From the NCBI GenBank assembly GCA_013265495.1, contig MU063892.1, positions 620,001 through 684,000 of the forward strand: a stretch of 64,000 bases of DNA, given 5' to 3'. Made by a program: the position numbers and the translations under genes. The stretch is from Vicugna vicugna. Its lineage: Eukaryota. The notes under the pieces are model-generated. The model did not search any database. It saw only the letters and a list, made by a program, of their open reading frames with translations, and was not told the DNA's origin. This document shows positions 1 to 12,600 of the stretch, one piece after another; position 1 is the first letter of the stretch, and the number at the start of each line of letters is the position of its first letter.

Positions 1-543
1 GAGAATACCTCAGTAGCAACCTGACAGCACCCCTCCCTGGGTTTCTGCCCTAGACCCTGCGGAAATGGGGACTGGGAGAGCGCCAGGCCATGGGTCGGCA
101 CGATCCTGGAGTGGAAGAGCCTGGCTGGGGAGCCTCTCCCCACTGTCTTGTGAACCCACGTCTCTGCCTCTTCGTGCATAAGGCTCCCCCAAAGGTCTCC
201 ATGCACTTCTTTGGCACCCTAGACCCCCAAGTCCTACATTCTCAAGTCTTAGATTCTCAGAAGCTCGGCTGCCCAGTCACTGAGGGAAGATGCCTCCTGA
301 GTCTGGATTCAGTACAATTTCTAGGTGAGTCTCCGTACAGCCCATATAGACACCTCAGATTTAAGCTAAATCCTCCAAATTCCACTGACTGCTGTCCTCA
401 TGTGGGACCAGGGAGTTGAGAAGGGACTGGCCATTTGTGAGAACAAGGAGGGCCCCGTATTCAGGGCTCCAGCGGGCAGAATCCCGCCAGCCACCGCGGG
501 GAGGCAGCCCGCCCTGCCCGGAGCTGCCAGNNNNNNNNNNNNN

Positions 544-696
544 NNNNNNNNNNNNNNNNNNNNNNNNNNNNNNNNNNNNNNNNNNNNNNNNNNNNNNNNN
601 NNNNNNNNNNNNNNNNNNNNNNNNNNNNNNNNNNNNNNNNNNNNNNNNNNNNNNNNNNNNNNGGTCCAGGGCATTGGGGCTCACGGGTGAAGGGCC
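544..696 (-). CDS. DAB2IP: DAB2IP exon 13 ([11 protein letters not shown]...); 3' part masked
   Basis: catcgcag|GGC CCT TCA CCC GTG AGC CCC AAT GCC CTG GAC C, then N (531-662). The end 544 assumes the recalled 153-nt human exon size. Confidence 0.88.
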
Positions 697-3600
697 CTGC
701 GATGAAACACAGCTGTGAGGGGCTGGAGGGAAGACTGGGAGGGATCCCGGGTGAGCCATGGGGGCGAGTGGCTCAGAGGGGAGCTTCAGCTGACTAGGCA
801 CCTCGGACGCAGCCCCTGGCCCAGGGAACTCCCAACTCCTAGATGGCAACCTGAAGTCAACAGCCCAGGTGGCCTGAGCATGGCTCTCTGTCACCCAGCT
901 GAGAGCCAGTGAGCTTGGCCTGGTAGGTCAGGTGCCCAACCCAAAGCACATCTGTTTTGCCTACTGCGTGGAAAGCCCAGGAGACCAGCTCAGAGCAGGG
1001 AGGGGTTCCTGGGGGCCATGCCAACTCTTATTCTTGGTCGGGCTTCAACAGGCTTGGAACTGGAGGTGGATGGACCCCTCCTTCTTCCTCCCTGACCCCA
1101 GATGTCTCTGAGGGAACTGGCAGAGAGTCCCCCAGGCTACAGTGCCCTCATTTGCAAGACTTAGGTAGGGGCCCGTGGAGCCTGGGGGAGGGGGTGGTGA
1201 TGTGCAGGGTAGGGCAGGGTGGTGGGATGGGGCCAAATGTGGCATCATTTAGCATGGGATGGCGGCTGGCTGCGGGTGGAGGTGACATGACCAGGAGGAG
1301 CAGCACGACACGGGGTAAGACCGCCCCCCAGGCAAGAGAGCTGGGCATGCCCTCTGACCGACGGCACTGACCTGCTTGTGCACCGCACGAGGCTTCAGCT
1401 CCGGGCTGTCGCCCTTGGAGGAGGAGGACTGCTGCCGCAGCCGAGCTCCAGGGCCGGCCCAGTCGGGTGAGGCTGATGCCAGGGTCCCGCTTGAGGGCCG
1501 GGGGTACTGCAGGGTGCTCAGTAGGGTGGGTGGTGTCCGGCCGCGGGGGGCAGGAGGTGGCGGCGGGGGTGGAGGCGGCGGCTGATCGATCCTCCGCTGG
1601 GGGCCGGCGCTGTTCTGGCGGGGCACTGTGGGCTGCCCGCCCTTCTCAGTCAGCGACATCTGCCGCCGCGCCAGCTCCCCGGGGCGCCGCCCCAGCTCTT
1701 CAGCGGCACTGCTGAAACTTCCCAGCTTGGCGGCAGCCGCCAGCTCCTCGCTGTTGCTGTGGGAGCTCAAGGAGCTGTGGCCCTCAGAGCCCGAGTCGCC
1801 GAGGCCGCGAGGAGACAGCGGCAGGCCGGCCGCCATCTGGTACACAGGGTTCTGGAAGGAGAGCGGTGCCAAGAGCTGGGGCCGGCCCGGCGCGCCCTCT
1901 GAGGTGCCTGGTGTGGTCGGCGTCTGGCCTGCCCGCCGCACCGTGGCCAGCCCTGCCAGGCTCACCGGAGCTGCCCGGGCCGGCCACCCAGCCACCAGCT
2001 GAGTGGTAGGTGCCTGCCCGTCAGTGGCGAGGGCATCAGTGCCCGCCGGGGAGCCCGCCTCTCCGTCCAGTGTGCGGGCGTCTTGGAGGNNNNNNNNNNN
2101 NNNNNNNNNNNNNNNNNNNNNNNNNNNNNNNNNNNNNNNNNNNNNNNNNNNNNNNNNNNNNNNNNNNNNNNNNNNNNNNNNNNNNNNNNNNNNNNNNNNN
2201 NNNNNNNNNNNNNNNNNNNNNNNNNNNNNNNNNNNNNNNNNNNNNNNNNNNNNNNNNNNNNNNNNNNNNNNNNNNNNNNNNNNNNNNNNNNNNNNNNNNN
2301 NNNNNNNNNTGAATGCGGCCGAGGCGGGTCCCAACCGAGAGCCCCGCCAACCTGCCGCCCACGGCCTGAGCCAGGGCGGGGAGGAGAGGGAAGGCAGGGG
2401 AGGGGAGGCAAGGGAGGGGAGGGCGGGGCAGCAAGAATGGGAGAGTCCCAGGAACAGAGGCCCAGCTGCAAAGCCAAACCACAGGCTGGCAGCTGATCCT
2501 GGCAGAAGCCACCACGAGGGCTGAGGGGCCGCGATGGCTGCTCCCGCACAGCCCTCTGCACTAGGGGCCCGCAATGCCAGCGTCAGGCCAGGCTGCCCCG
2601 CAGGCCCTCTCCCTGCTCAGCTGCACCTCGGGACAGTGGGTTCTGGGGTGTGGAGTATTCTGGAAAATTTCCCTTAGCTAAACCCAAACCCACAGTGCAC
2701 TGGCTCTCTGCTATCCAAGGGCCCTGCACTGAGAACTCCGACTTCAAAGCCGCGGGGGCTCCTTTTGCCTCTTCCCTCTTGTTCCTAATCAGACTGATAA
2801 CCTAAGTGGGGGCCTGCACAGAGAGAAGCCTCCTCTGCAGCCTCCTGCTGCCACCTCTTGTCTGACTGGCAGGCGGGGGCTGGTGTTTCCGGCAAAAACA
2901 AGGAATCAGAGGAGGATTCTCAAGGTGTGACTCAGGAGGGGAGGGTCTGCACCTGCAGTGGCAGGCCATTCTCTCCCCCAGTGCCTCAGCCTCTCTCTGG
3001 CCCCTTCCTGGAAGAAGGCAGAGTGGTGGGGCCAGTTGGGCTTTGGGAATAAGGATGTAGAGCGGTGAACAGGGCTCTGGGCTGGAGGTAGCAAGAACCT
3101 GGGGGTTCCACAGAGGCTTGGAATGGAGTTGGCTTAGCCTGGGATGGAGAGGAAGTGCCAAGCCCCAAGTGATGGGACTCAGGCAGGGCAGGCCACGGCC
3201 ACTCACAGCCACAGTACTTGTGGGCCTAGAAGAAGTGGACAAGGGCAGTAGACAGAGCCAGGAGAAAGCTGACCAGCCATGGGCCTTGGCTATCCAGCCA
3301 GATGGCAAGGTCAGGTCTCCCAAGAACCCATGTGCCCGGCCACCTCTTGGCCAAGGTGTGTGTCCCCACCTGAAGGCTTGCTCTGCCTCACTCGGCAGGT
3401 TGAATGAATGGCCCCTCAAGATTCAGGAGGACCCTGGAAGGAGCATCAAGATCTCTGCACCTCCGGCCTCCTCCTGGGCCTCCAGTCCCACACACCACAC
3501 CCCCCAGGTCCTTGATCGCAATGCCCTAGCCTGCCAAAAGCCTCTCGCAGCTGCCACCACCTCAGAACGAGACAGCTCCCAACTCTGCTGCTCCAGCCTC

Positions 3601-6600
3601 ATCCTCACCAGCTGCTCCAAGATGGCCCCGGTAAGGGGGGGAAGTACAGGAACGGGGCATAAACAGTTCAATACAAATGCCTAGGTTTTCAAAGGAACGC
3701 CCTCTTTTTGATGTCAACACTCGAGAACACTTCACCTCCCCCTCCACTGTGGAGGGGTGTGTTTTATTTACAGGCCACTCGTCCTGGGGCTGGACCTCAG
3801 CACCTCTCTAGTTTTCCCAGGCTCCCAGCCTCTAAGCCTTGCTTTACCTGAGCCCCTCTTGAAAACATACACCCTGGAGCACCACTTCTGGAGATTCTGA
3901 TTCAGGTCCAGGAGATACCAGAAAACAAGTATTTTTAACACCACCCAGTGATGTGGAGGTGTTGTAACTGTTCTTCATCAAAAGATGTTACCTTTCTCCA
4001 GTCCTTTGTCTGCACTAGTCCCTCTACCTAGAATGCCTTTTCCACCAATGGGAATGTTACTTTTCCTAAAAGGCTCAGAACTATAGTACCACCTCCACCA
4101 GAGAGTCTCCCCTGATACTTCCCAAACAGAAGTTGACCACCTGCCTATAAAACATAAGTCTCCCTCAGCTTGTTTATGAACACCTGTGCAGGCTTCTTCT
4201 CCAAATGAGACTGCAGATGGGCTGCACCTTGCCTGCACGTGTACCCCACAACACCCAGCGTGCCGAGCGGTTCTTACCCAGAGAGATCATTCTCGATCAC
4301 CATCTTCTGCAGCCCAGCTGAGATGCTGCTGCTGCCGGAGCCAGGTGTGGAGGCCAAGTCGTTGGTCCCTGCAAGCTGTCCACTCCCTGGGGTGCTCAGT
4401 GCCGTGTGAACGTCCCTCAGGATTCGAGGCAGAGGCCCCAGTTTGGATACAATGCTCTGCAAAGACACAGCAAGAGGCAGGTGTGACCCACGGGGGCCAC
4501 CTGGGGAGGACAAGTGCACTGCAGTCACTATGTTCAGAACTGCTACGGAGCCGGTCAGAAATGCAGGCCGCCCTCCCCTGCAGTCAGATCCAACAGGTCT
4601 GGGAGGGGGGAAGGAGCCCAGAAATTGCAAATTACATTTTTACCAGCTCCCTGGATATTTGTGAGACGGGGTGAAGCCCATAGGAGAAACGCTGACCTAG
4701 CTCCAGCCTCTCACCCTAGTTCATCCTACCTCGGTGCCCCCGCAGAGAGAGAAGCCCACAAGGAATACCCGAATTTCCCCACCTGCACCTCCCCATCCGA
4801 GAGGCTTCTGGGACAGCCCTGGCCCACGTCACCTACTCCACAGGGTGGGCTGGGGCCTGACCCACTTTGACACCAGAGCTCCAGTGATGATGGCCCAGGT
4901 ACAGAGCAGGCACCACCACACGCCTATCAGATGAGTAACAGGTGACTGGTCACGCAGAGGGTGGCACCTGGGCATCTGAAACACACTGTCTTGGTTGAGA
5001 TGGACAATGCTAAGGGCTCCAGGCTGGGGGAAGGGGACGCAGCCTGCACCTGCTCATGCACCAGCTCCCACCCAGGGCTTTGTGCAAAAAGAAAGCGTGA
5101 AAACTAGGGTAGTCAAGAGAGAAGAGATGTCAGCGGCAAACAGCTCAATTTTAAATCCTGCTGCAACTCTGTTAGCTGTGACAGCTGCTGACCATCTTCT
5201 GTACTCCCTGCCTGGCTGCGCAGATACAGAGGACAATGACTGGCACAGGGACTCAGTAAGTGGTGGCAGTAGAGTGACTGGTGCTGGCAGCAGTGGAGGA
5301 AGAGGGGGCCTTGGCCCTCATTTCCATTTCTCCCTCCTGGGTCTCTCGCAGCCTATGGATATAAGTGAGCAGAAAGGACTGCGAGTCTGCTTGTAGTGAA
5401 AAGCTGGGACTAATCTGAGAGGCCAGTGAAATAACAATGCAGTCGTGTGATGGAACGGTCCGTGGCCATCAGAAAGGCTGCAGTGGCAGTGCAGCAGGTA
5501 CCACTGTAGAGAGATGCCCACGACAGAGGGAGTGAGAAGCACGCTCTGTAGTGCACGGAAGTTCTCACTTTAAAAAGGAAACAACTCTGCCTGTGTGTGT
5601 ACTTAACACACGCACAGATCTATCTAGAAGGCTGTACACCACAGCGCCCTGAGGGGCCACCTCCAGGGATCGCCACGAGCAGGGAGGCCCTCCAGCTCTG
5701 GTTCAGCAGTAGCTACTTCTGTGAGATGGTCTCCCAGAGCCCTGGAAAGCAACATGCTCTGGAAGTGGATCCTGGCGGGCTCAGCCCTGGCTGCCGAGAA
5801 GCTGCTCGCTGTGTGGGCTAGGGCTGCTGGAGGCAGTGGAACCCCAGGCCACGGAGGCTGCACTCCTGGTGGCTGCAGCAATGTCAGAGGTGCCTAGGGA
5901 ATAACCATTTCAACTGATGGTCAAGGGCATCAGATGGAAAGGTTTGCAGCTTCCCGCCTGACACGTGGAGGTACAGCATCTTCAGAATCTATCTTTTCCA
6001 TATCAGTGGCATCAAAACCCATAGCAAAGATGTTTTTGGATAAATGGCTAAACCTGATCACGTTTCTCACGGGTAGGGAGCACACCTTCATACAGGGACT
6101 CCATCTACTCAACACCAGTGTGCGGGAGGCACAGCCAAAGCCTCGGTACACGGAGCAGGCACCCCCGGCAGGTGCCAGCGAGTGGACGTGGCACCCTCAC
6201 CGAGGAAACGGTGCCCGAGATCCCCAGTGCATGTTGACAGGGCCTGGGCCGGACCCTCTGGCTCTGCTGCCTGGGCAGGGCTGCTGACCCACACCCCACA
6301 GGCGAACACTTCGACCTCCAGGTTACTCTGGGGGGAGGAGCAGCCTCGAGCTCTGCAGTGGCCTTCGGCCCGCCCTCTGCCCCATCGCAGCCCAGTGCGG
6401 ACAGGCACCTGCTCCAGCTGGCTGACGGCCTCCCAGAGCAGCGAGTGCAGGCTGGAGAGCTCGCGGCCCAGGTCGATGTAGCCCTCGAAGCCAGCCGTGT
6501 TGGAGATGGTCTCGGGGTTGGAGATTTCCAGCAGGAAGCGCTGCATGTTGGTCCACTCGTGCTCCAGGAACTGGTTCATGAACGACATGTACTCCTCCTT

Positions 6601-9600
6601 GCTGCCAAACCTGGAGATGGAGCACACTGGGTAAGTGCCCAGGTGCCATCGAGGGGCTCCTCCTTCCGAGACCCCCTCACCTCCCATCCCTCCTTGCCCG
6701 CCTTGGCTGCCTCCCAATCCATTCTAGCTCAGGGCCCTGTTTCCTCACGACTAAGTCCAGACAGCCTTCCTGGACCTCACTCTCCATTCACTGCCGGTCA
6801 CAGTCTCCTTCCTCTTTTCCTTCAGTGTCAATGGCCTGGTGCGCAGATGACTCTCAGTCCACGCTCGGCCAGGTCTCTCTGCTGACTTTCAGACATGTAC
6901 ATCCACAGGCACCTCCCTTCATCCTCAGCTCAGTCAGGTGTGCAGTCATCCCCATCACCCCAAACCCCTGTCCTCCTCCTAGGCTCCCTATCCCAAGTGG
7001 AGACACTACCATCCAGCAGAGGACTGAGCTGGAAGCCTGGCCGTGGTCAGTTCCTCCCTCTCCCTTTCTCACAACCGGCAGACCTGCTGACTTTATCTTC
7101 TCATCACCCGCTGACCTTGCAGCCACTGCCCCCCGTTGCCGCCACCTTCCTGAGCCAAAGCTTCCACCACTTTTCTCTTATGGGAACCATAGCTCTGCTC
7201 TCCTCCCAGTCTTGGCTGCCAGTCCTGATCCCTTCCACCCCTCCTGCACCACTGCTGTCAGGCTGAACTTTTCAGGACCCAGACAGATGAGGGCCACCCT
7301 CTCTCCTGCTCAAAGCCCTTTGGCGGCTCCCACTGCCCTGTCTGGCTTCCAAGTCCCTGCTGTCCTCTTGGGTCTCATCTCCCACTTCCCCAGCCTGGCA
7401 CTGGATGACTGAGGAAGCTCACAGCGCCTGGTCCCTCCCTCCAGCACGCAGCCCCCCGGCCCTGCCCCGCGGCTGCTGCTGCTGCCTTTCACCCTGACAC
7501 ATAGCTGGGGAAGCACGTCTTTCAGGAAGTTTCTCCCCTCTCCCCACAAGCTTAGGGCCCTCCTACGAGGCCATGCACATCTCTACCACAGCTCGGTCAC
7601 CTGCTGAAGAGCGCAGGGACCAGGCGTGATTCACAGCCCAGCACAGAGAAGACCCGGAGGGGGGCTCCATCCACGCCTGGTGAGAGCGCTAGATGACCCA
7701 GCCCTTCTGTTTCCACCTGCTCGGCCGAGGTACAGCGAGAACACTGAAGTGCTTCAGGAGCAAAGACGGCCTTGGCAGCATTAGACAAGGATGGTCTGAA
7801 ACCACCTAAGTGTCCAGCACAGGGGACAGGGTAAGGAGACATGGGCCCTGCTCCCTCGGAGGCATATTAGTCATTCATTTCAAAATGAAGCTTATGAATG
7901 TTAAGTACATGGCAGAGTCCTTCTGATAAAATGGTAACTCAAAGAAGCAGAAGGAAAAAATATCTTGTGTTCTCACCTCTGAAAATTAAAGAAACAGCAA
8001 AATGGCAAGTACTTTCAGTAGGGAGAGGATGGGGTGTGGAGATTTTACTCTGAAGAAAGGAAAGGGGGAGGCCTGAGGATGGCGGGGGCTGAAGCAGGGG
8101 CTGTGGCACAGCCCAGCTAGGGGACAGACCCCTACCACGGGCTCCAGCCTGCGCCCTGACTCTGCNNNNNNNNNNNNNNNNNNNNNNNNNNNNNNNNNNN
8201 NNNNNNNNNNNNNNNNNNNNNNNNNNNNNNNNNNNNNNNNNNNNNNNNNNNNNNNNNNNNNNNNNNNNNNNNNNNNNNNNNNNNNNNNNNNNNNNNNNNN
8301 NNNNNNNNNNNNNGCGCAGAAACAGGGAGGCACTGATGAGCCGCTCGCTGATGTCCGGCCGGCCCCGGCTGCTGCACTCCTGCCGCCACGAGGCGAACAC
8401 CTCCTTCAGCTCCCGTGGGAAGACGCTGTGCAGGGACAGGCGGGGGTGGGCCCAAGGGTCAGGCAGGGGGCAGAGCAGAGACCTGGTCCCAGGTCCAAGG
8501 GAGCCAAGTTCCAGCGCCACTCTACCCGCCGCCCGAGTCCTCTGAGCCCATCGCTCCGCCATCCACCACGCAGAGCGCAGGGGCACAGGGACAGCACGGT
8601 GCAGGCACAGAGCGCGGGCTCAGCTAGCGGAAGCAGCAGGGACGCCCTAGGGGGCTTCAGCAGAGCTGGGCATGATCAAGAAGACGGGAGTATCCTGACC
8701 TTGAGTGAGAACACAGCTCCCCGCTTTCTCGATGGAGAGGCAGCGACCTCCCCAGGCAGCCACGATTGAGTGTGGGCAGGGGGCCCAGCACCGGCTGGGG
8801 GCTCTCTCCACTAGGCATCCCCACCCGGCCACAGTGAGACCCTTTAAGTGGCCTTCCAATCTTTTCACTCTAGAAGATGTGTATTCCCTGGACCCAGTCT
8901 ACCCCTGGCTCTCTCACTAGCCCAGGGTGCTCTGACTCAGGGCCTGGCCCTCCCTGGGCTTCGGTCTCCTCACTCTCACTGAGAACAAGGCCTGCCCTGC
9001 TGAGCTCACAGAGCCATCTCATGGCCTTAAGAGGCCTTGAGCAACTTGAAAAGCTTTTGCCCAACAAGCCCAGAACCCAGCCCAGCAGGCTCTGGTAGTG
9101 AATGGGGCTAAACCAACAAGGACATGGCTGGAGAGGAAGTGAAGGCAGGTGACCTTTAGTCTTGGCCCCCGAAGTGCCTGGCAGAGGACTGGGCAGGGGG
9201 TAGGTGCTGAGTGATAACATCTATCGACGGCCTTGCTCAGAACTGAGAGGTGCCTCTGGGCTTCTACAAATGTCAGAAAGAGGAAATGGAAAATCATTGT
9301 CTGTGGACATGTTTCCCTGCGTTCCACACCCGGCCCACCCTGGGAGCAGCGGGGCAGAGGGTGAAAACAAAGCCTGGCCCTAGGCTGGGAAGTATGCTCC
9401 AGAGTTCAGGCACTCTGGCTGCCCCTCTTCCCCTGGAGCCGGGGGTCATTTTTGGCTCAGCTCAAGGGGCCAGGTGGGCCCCAGGTGAGCACCGTGTGCA
9501 ACCCTGGGGCAGAGGGACCTGGGCAGGGGGCGCCCACCCCATTGGCTCTGCCCCCACCAGAGGATGCCACTCCCCTAGCAGCCTGTGTCTGCCTGTCCTT

Positions 9601-12600
9601 CGGGAGCAGCAAAACAATCCCAGGCCCTTCTGAGTGCCCAGCCCTCAGCCAGTGCATCTGCCTGCCCCTAGGGTTTTCACAGTGTGTGCAGGAAATGGAC
9701 TCGGACACAGGCATCCCACTCTGATGGGACCAGAGCTATGACAGAGTGCCCAGGAGGGGTGAGCCTAAGGAGGACCACAAATGGGAGCCAGATACAGGCC
9801 TTAAAACAGGAGGGGAAATAATATGACCAAAGAAAGGAGTAAGGTATATCTGGGGGAGGGGGTGGGAACGGGGTCAGGAGAGCAACTGAGATGGGGAGGA
9901 CGCAGGCCTGAGCTGGAGCAAATTTGGGCAGCTCCTCTAGTGTAAAAATAGACCCACTGCTCAGGGACTGGCCCCGCACAGTCCCGCAAGCCACCTGTAA
10001 TGGGGCTGTGCTCGGCACCAGGTCACTTGCCCCCAGACCCATGTGCCCCAGGAGCAGGCACATGCCTGGCACATCAGCCTTGCAGGAAGTGGCTCTGGAC
10101 TGATTCTGGCCCCGACTGCAGTCCTGCGTTAGCACCTGCTCTGCTCACCCCTGCTCCTTTCAGGGGCTGCCAGGAGCCTGCAGACCTCTGTTCTGTTTGA
10201 AGACCAACCCTTCTCCTTTGTTCTCTACAGTCCCAGCAGGAGGCCTGCCTGATGTCCAGGCACCCACACAAGCCCCTGCTGGGTCCGATCACAAGCCTGT
10301 GATGTGAGCACCAGCTCCTGTGGACAGGTAGAGTCCCAGGTGAAGCATCCACCTGCCCCAGGTAGGCCTGAGCAGGGCCCTGTCAGTCTGGCTCCTGGTG
10401 CAGCCCCATCACCTATGACATCACCTGCCAGGCGCACAGAGGATGCCCACTATCAAGCATGTGCAGTGGACTGCCAAACCGAAGGCTTCAACACTGCACA
10501 AACCATGTCCTGCATTACTTTGGAATGCTCCTTACATCTGAGAGCCCAAAAAGAACCAGGACGGGGCCCTGGCAGTCTAGCAAGACTCAGTGAGGTCAGA
10601 CATCAGTGGGTTCCCATCCCAGACTGGAGTTGCGTGAGGCTGCAGGCATGTCACCTGCTCCTCCTTATTAGACGTCAGCTCTCCTGTTGGTAGGTCAGGG
10701 ATGATGGAGCAGAGCTCCCTTGCCGGGCTGCCTGGATGGGGTGAAGCACACGTGGGCGAGCACAGCACCCAGCACCCTGTAGGCACCCTGCCATAGGAGG
10801 ATGGGAGAGAGGGTGGGGGGCCAAAAGGGCGTGCGGGGCAGCACTGACCAGTAGGAGTTGATGATCTTGCAGAAGGCCAGCTCGCAGCACATCTTGAGGT
10901 TGCCCTGGTGCTCAGGGAGGTCAGTGGCCGAGCACTTGCTTGGGTCCACTTCACAGTTCTCATCCGACTCATACAGAGCTTTGATGAACTCACCTGGAGC
11001 CGGGAGGGCAGGGAGGGGCAGTGAGGACCTGGTGGGCACATCACACCCTCTGCCCACTGCCGGCCTGCACCCCCTACCTAGTGCGTCCTGCAGGTACTTT
11101 TGGCCCACCAGCTTGAGGTACTCCTCAATGGCCTTGGTGGCCAGCGTGTTCTCCCGGAAGATGAGGTGCTCATTGTCTCCACAGCGGTCCACCTCTGACA
11201 TCATCAGGTCCGTCAGGAAGTCCTGAGGAGGCAGGTGAGGGGAGTGGACCTGAGTGGGCCTGGCAGGTAGAACCCCAGGAGAAGCCCCTGCTCCTCGGGG
11301 CTGCCCCATTGCCAAGCTGCTGGCACCCACCCTTGGGGGCTGCCAGGGTAGTAGGCAGGGCAGCCTGGTCGGGGGAAGATACCTCGTGCTGGCGACATCA
11401 GAGCTGGGTCCAGGATCAGGGAAGTAAGAGCACGCTACATGGAACCATGAGCCTCTGCATCACAGCCAGACCCGCTGGACTCAATTCCCTGTTCAGCCCT
11501 GCCCAGGCCTGGCTGGGTGACCAGAGAACTCCCCCTCCCACTGCCACTGGTGCCAAAGAGGACAGATGGGCTGCCCTCTCCCCCTTGTATAAGCAGCTGC
11601 CACCATTCCCCCGTTACTCTGATGGGGTCTCCTGCACCAGACAGACTCGCTCTGTGCAGCCTCAGAGGGAAGGACGAGAGAGAGGCAGAGGCGGTCCAGC
11701 TGCCCTGGAACACAGTGAGCCAGTGCTTAGTCGGTTAGAGCACGGACCTTGGCTTGGGCAGGAAGGCGGGGGCACCGCTCCCACCTGGCAAACCTGGGTG
11801 GCAGCCCCTCACTACCGTGGGTCCCAGACTTCCTTGGAGAGCAGCTGGAAGGCAGCTGTTAAGCGATGAGCCTCGCAGTCCCACGCACGGCTTCACGGGA
11901 AGACCCCAGGAGGGAGCCTGCGCCCACGCCTTCCCTCCTGACTGCACCCATCCAGGTGGAAACTCCCTCCCCTAGGCCTGTGCCTCCCCACGCCCACAGC
12001 CAGCCTTGTGACTTGGGGGAGGGGGAGAGAACAGGCAGGAGGCAGGAAGTGGGAGACTCAGGGGAGGGTTAACAGTCAGGGCAGGGGCCACCCAGCACAG
12101 AGGCTGCAAAGTGGCCAGCGTGGGCCAGGGTTTCTGGCGCTCTGGAAATCCCCCACTTCTGTGTGCACAACTTTGGGGCCCTCTGAAATCACAAGTGGCC
12201 CAGGAGACCCAGCTGGCCAATGGAGACAGGAGGGACTGGGGGGAAGCGGCAGTTGGCCTCTCCGGGGACCACACAGCCTGAAGACCCCTTCCTGATCTAC
12301 AAGTGACATCTAGGGCCCCCTTCTCTGACTACACAGAAGCAGGGTGAGTGCCGAATGTACAGCCCTGCTCATGCCCAAGGGCCTTCTTGAAATCCTGGGG
12401 CAGGTGCAAGGCCCCGGCGGGGATGAGGAGGGGCTCTCCTCAGGGCTAGGACCCAATGAGGGGGAACAGGCACAGGACAGGAAAGTGACCTGTCCAAGGC
12501 CACACAGCTGCCTGGGCCAGATCTGGCCCAAGTATCTTGTTTCTTAGGCCCTGTGCCTCTTGTTCCACTGAGTGGGTGGGGGTGGGGGCACCAAGGAGAA

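Noticed and set aside
2384-2430. Long sense-strand pyrimidine tract upstream of exon 12 as a distant branch point
   Set aside because: AG dinucleotides occur between the tract and the acceptor, so there is no AG-exclusion zone; the acceptor itself is masked.
1376-2524. Antisense and alternative-frame ORFs over exon 12 (similar shadows over exons 6-10)
   Set aside because: Shadow ORFs of a GC-rich coding exon, lengthened by N-runs, with no independent support.
5050-5550. AT-shifted unique-looking segment with a 133-aa ORF in intron 10
   Set aside because: Could not be assigned; probably an old unrecognised repeat next to an L1M tail, and the ORF has no known homology.
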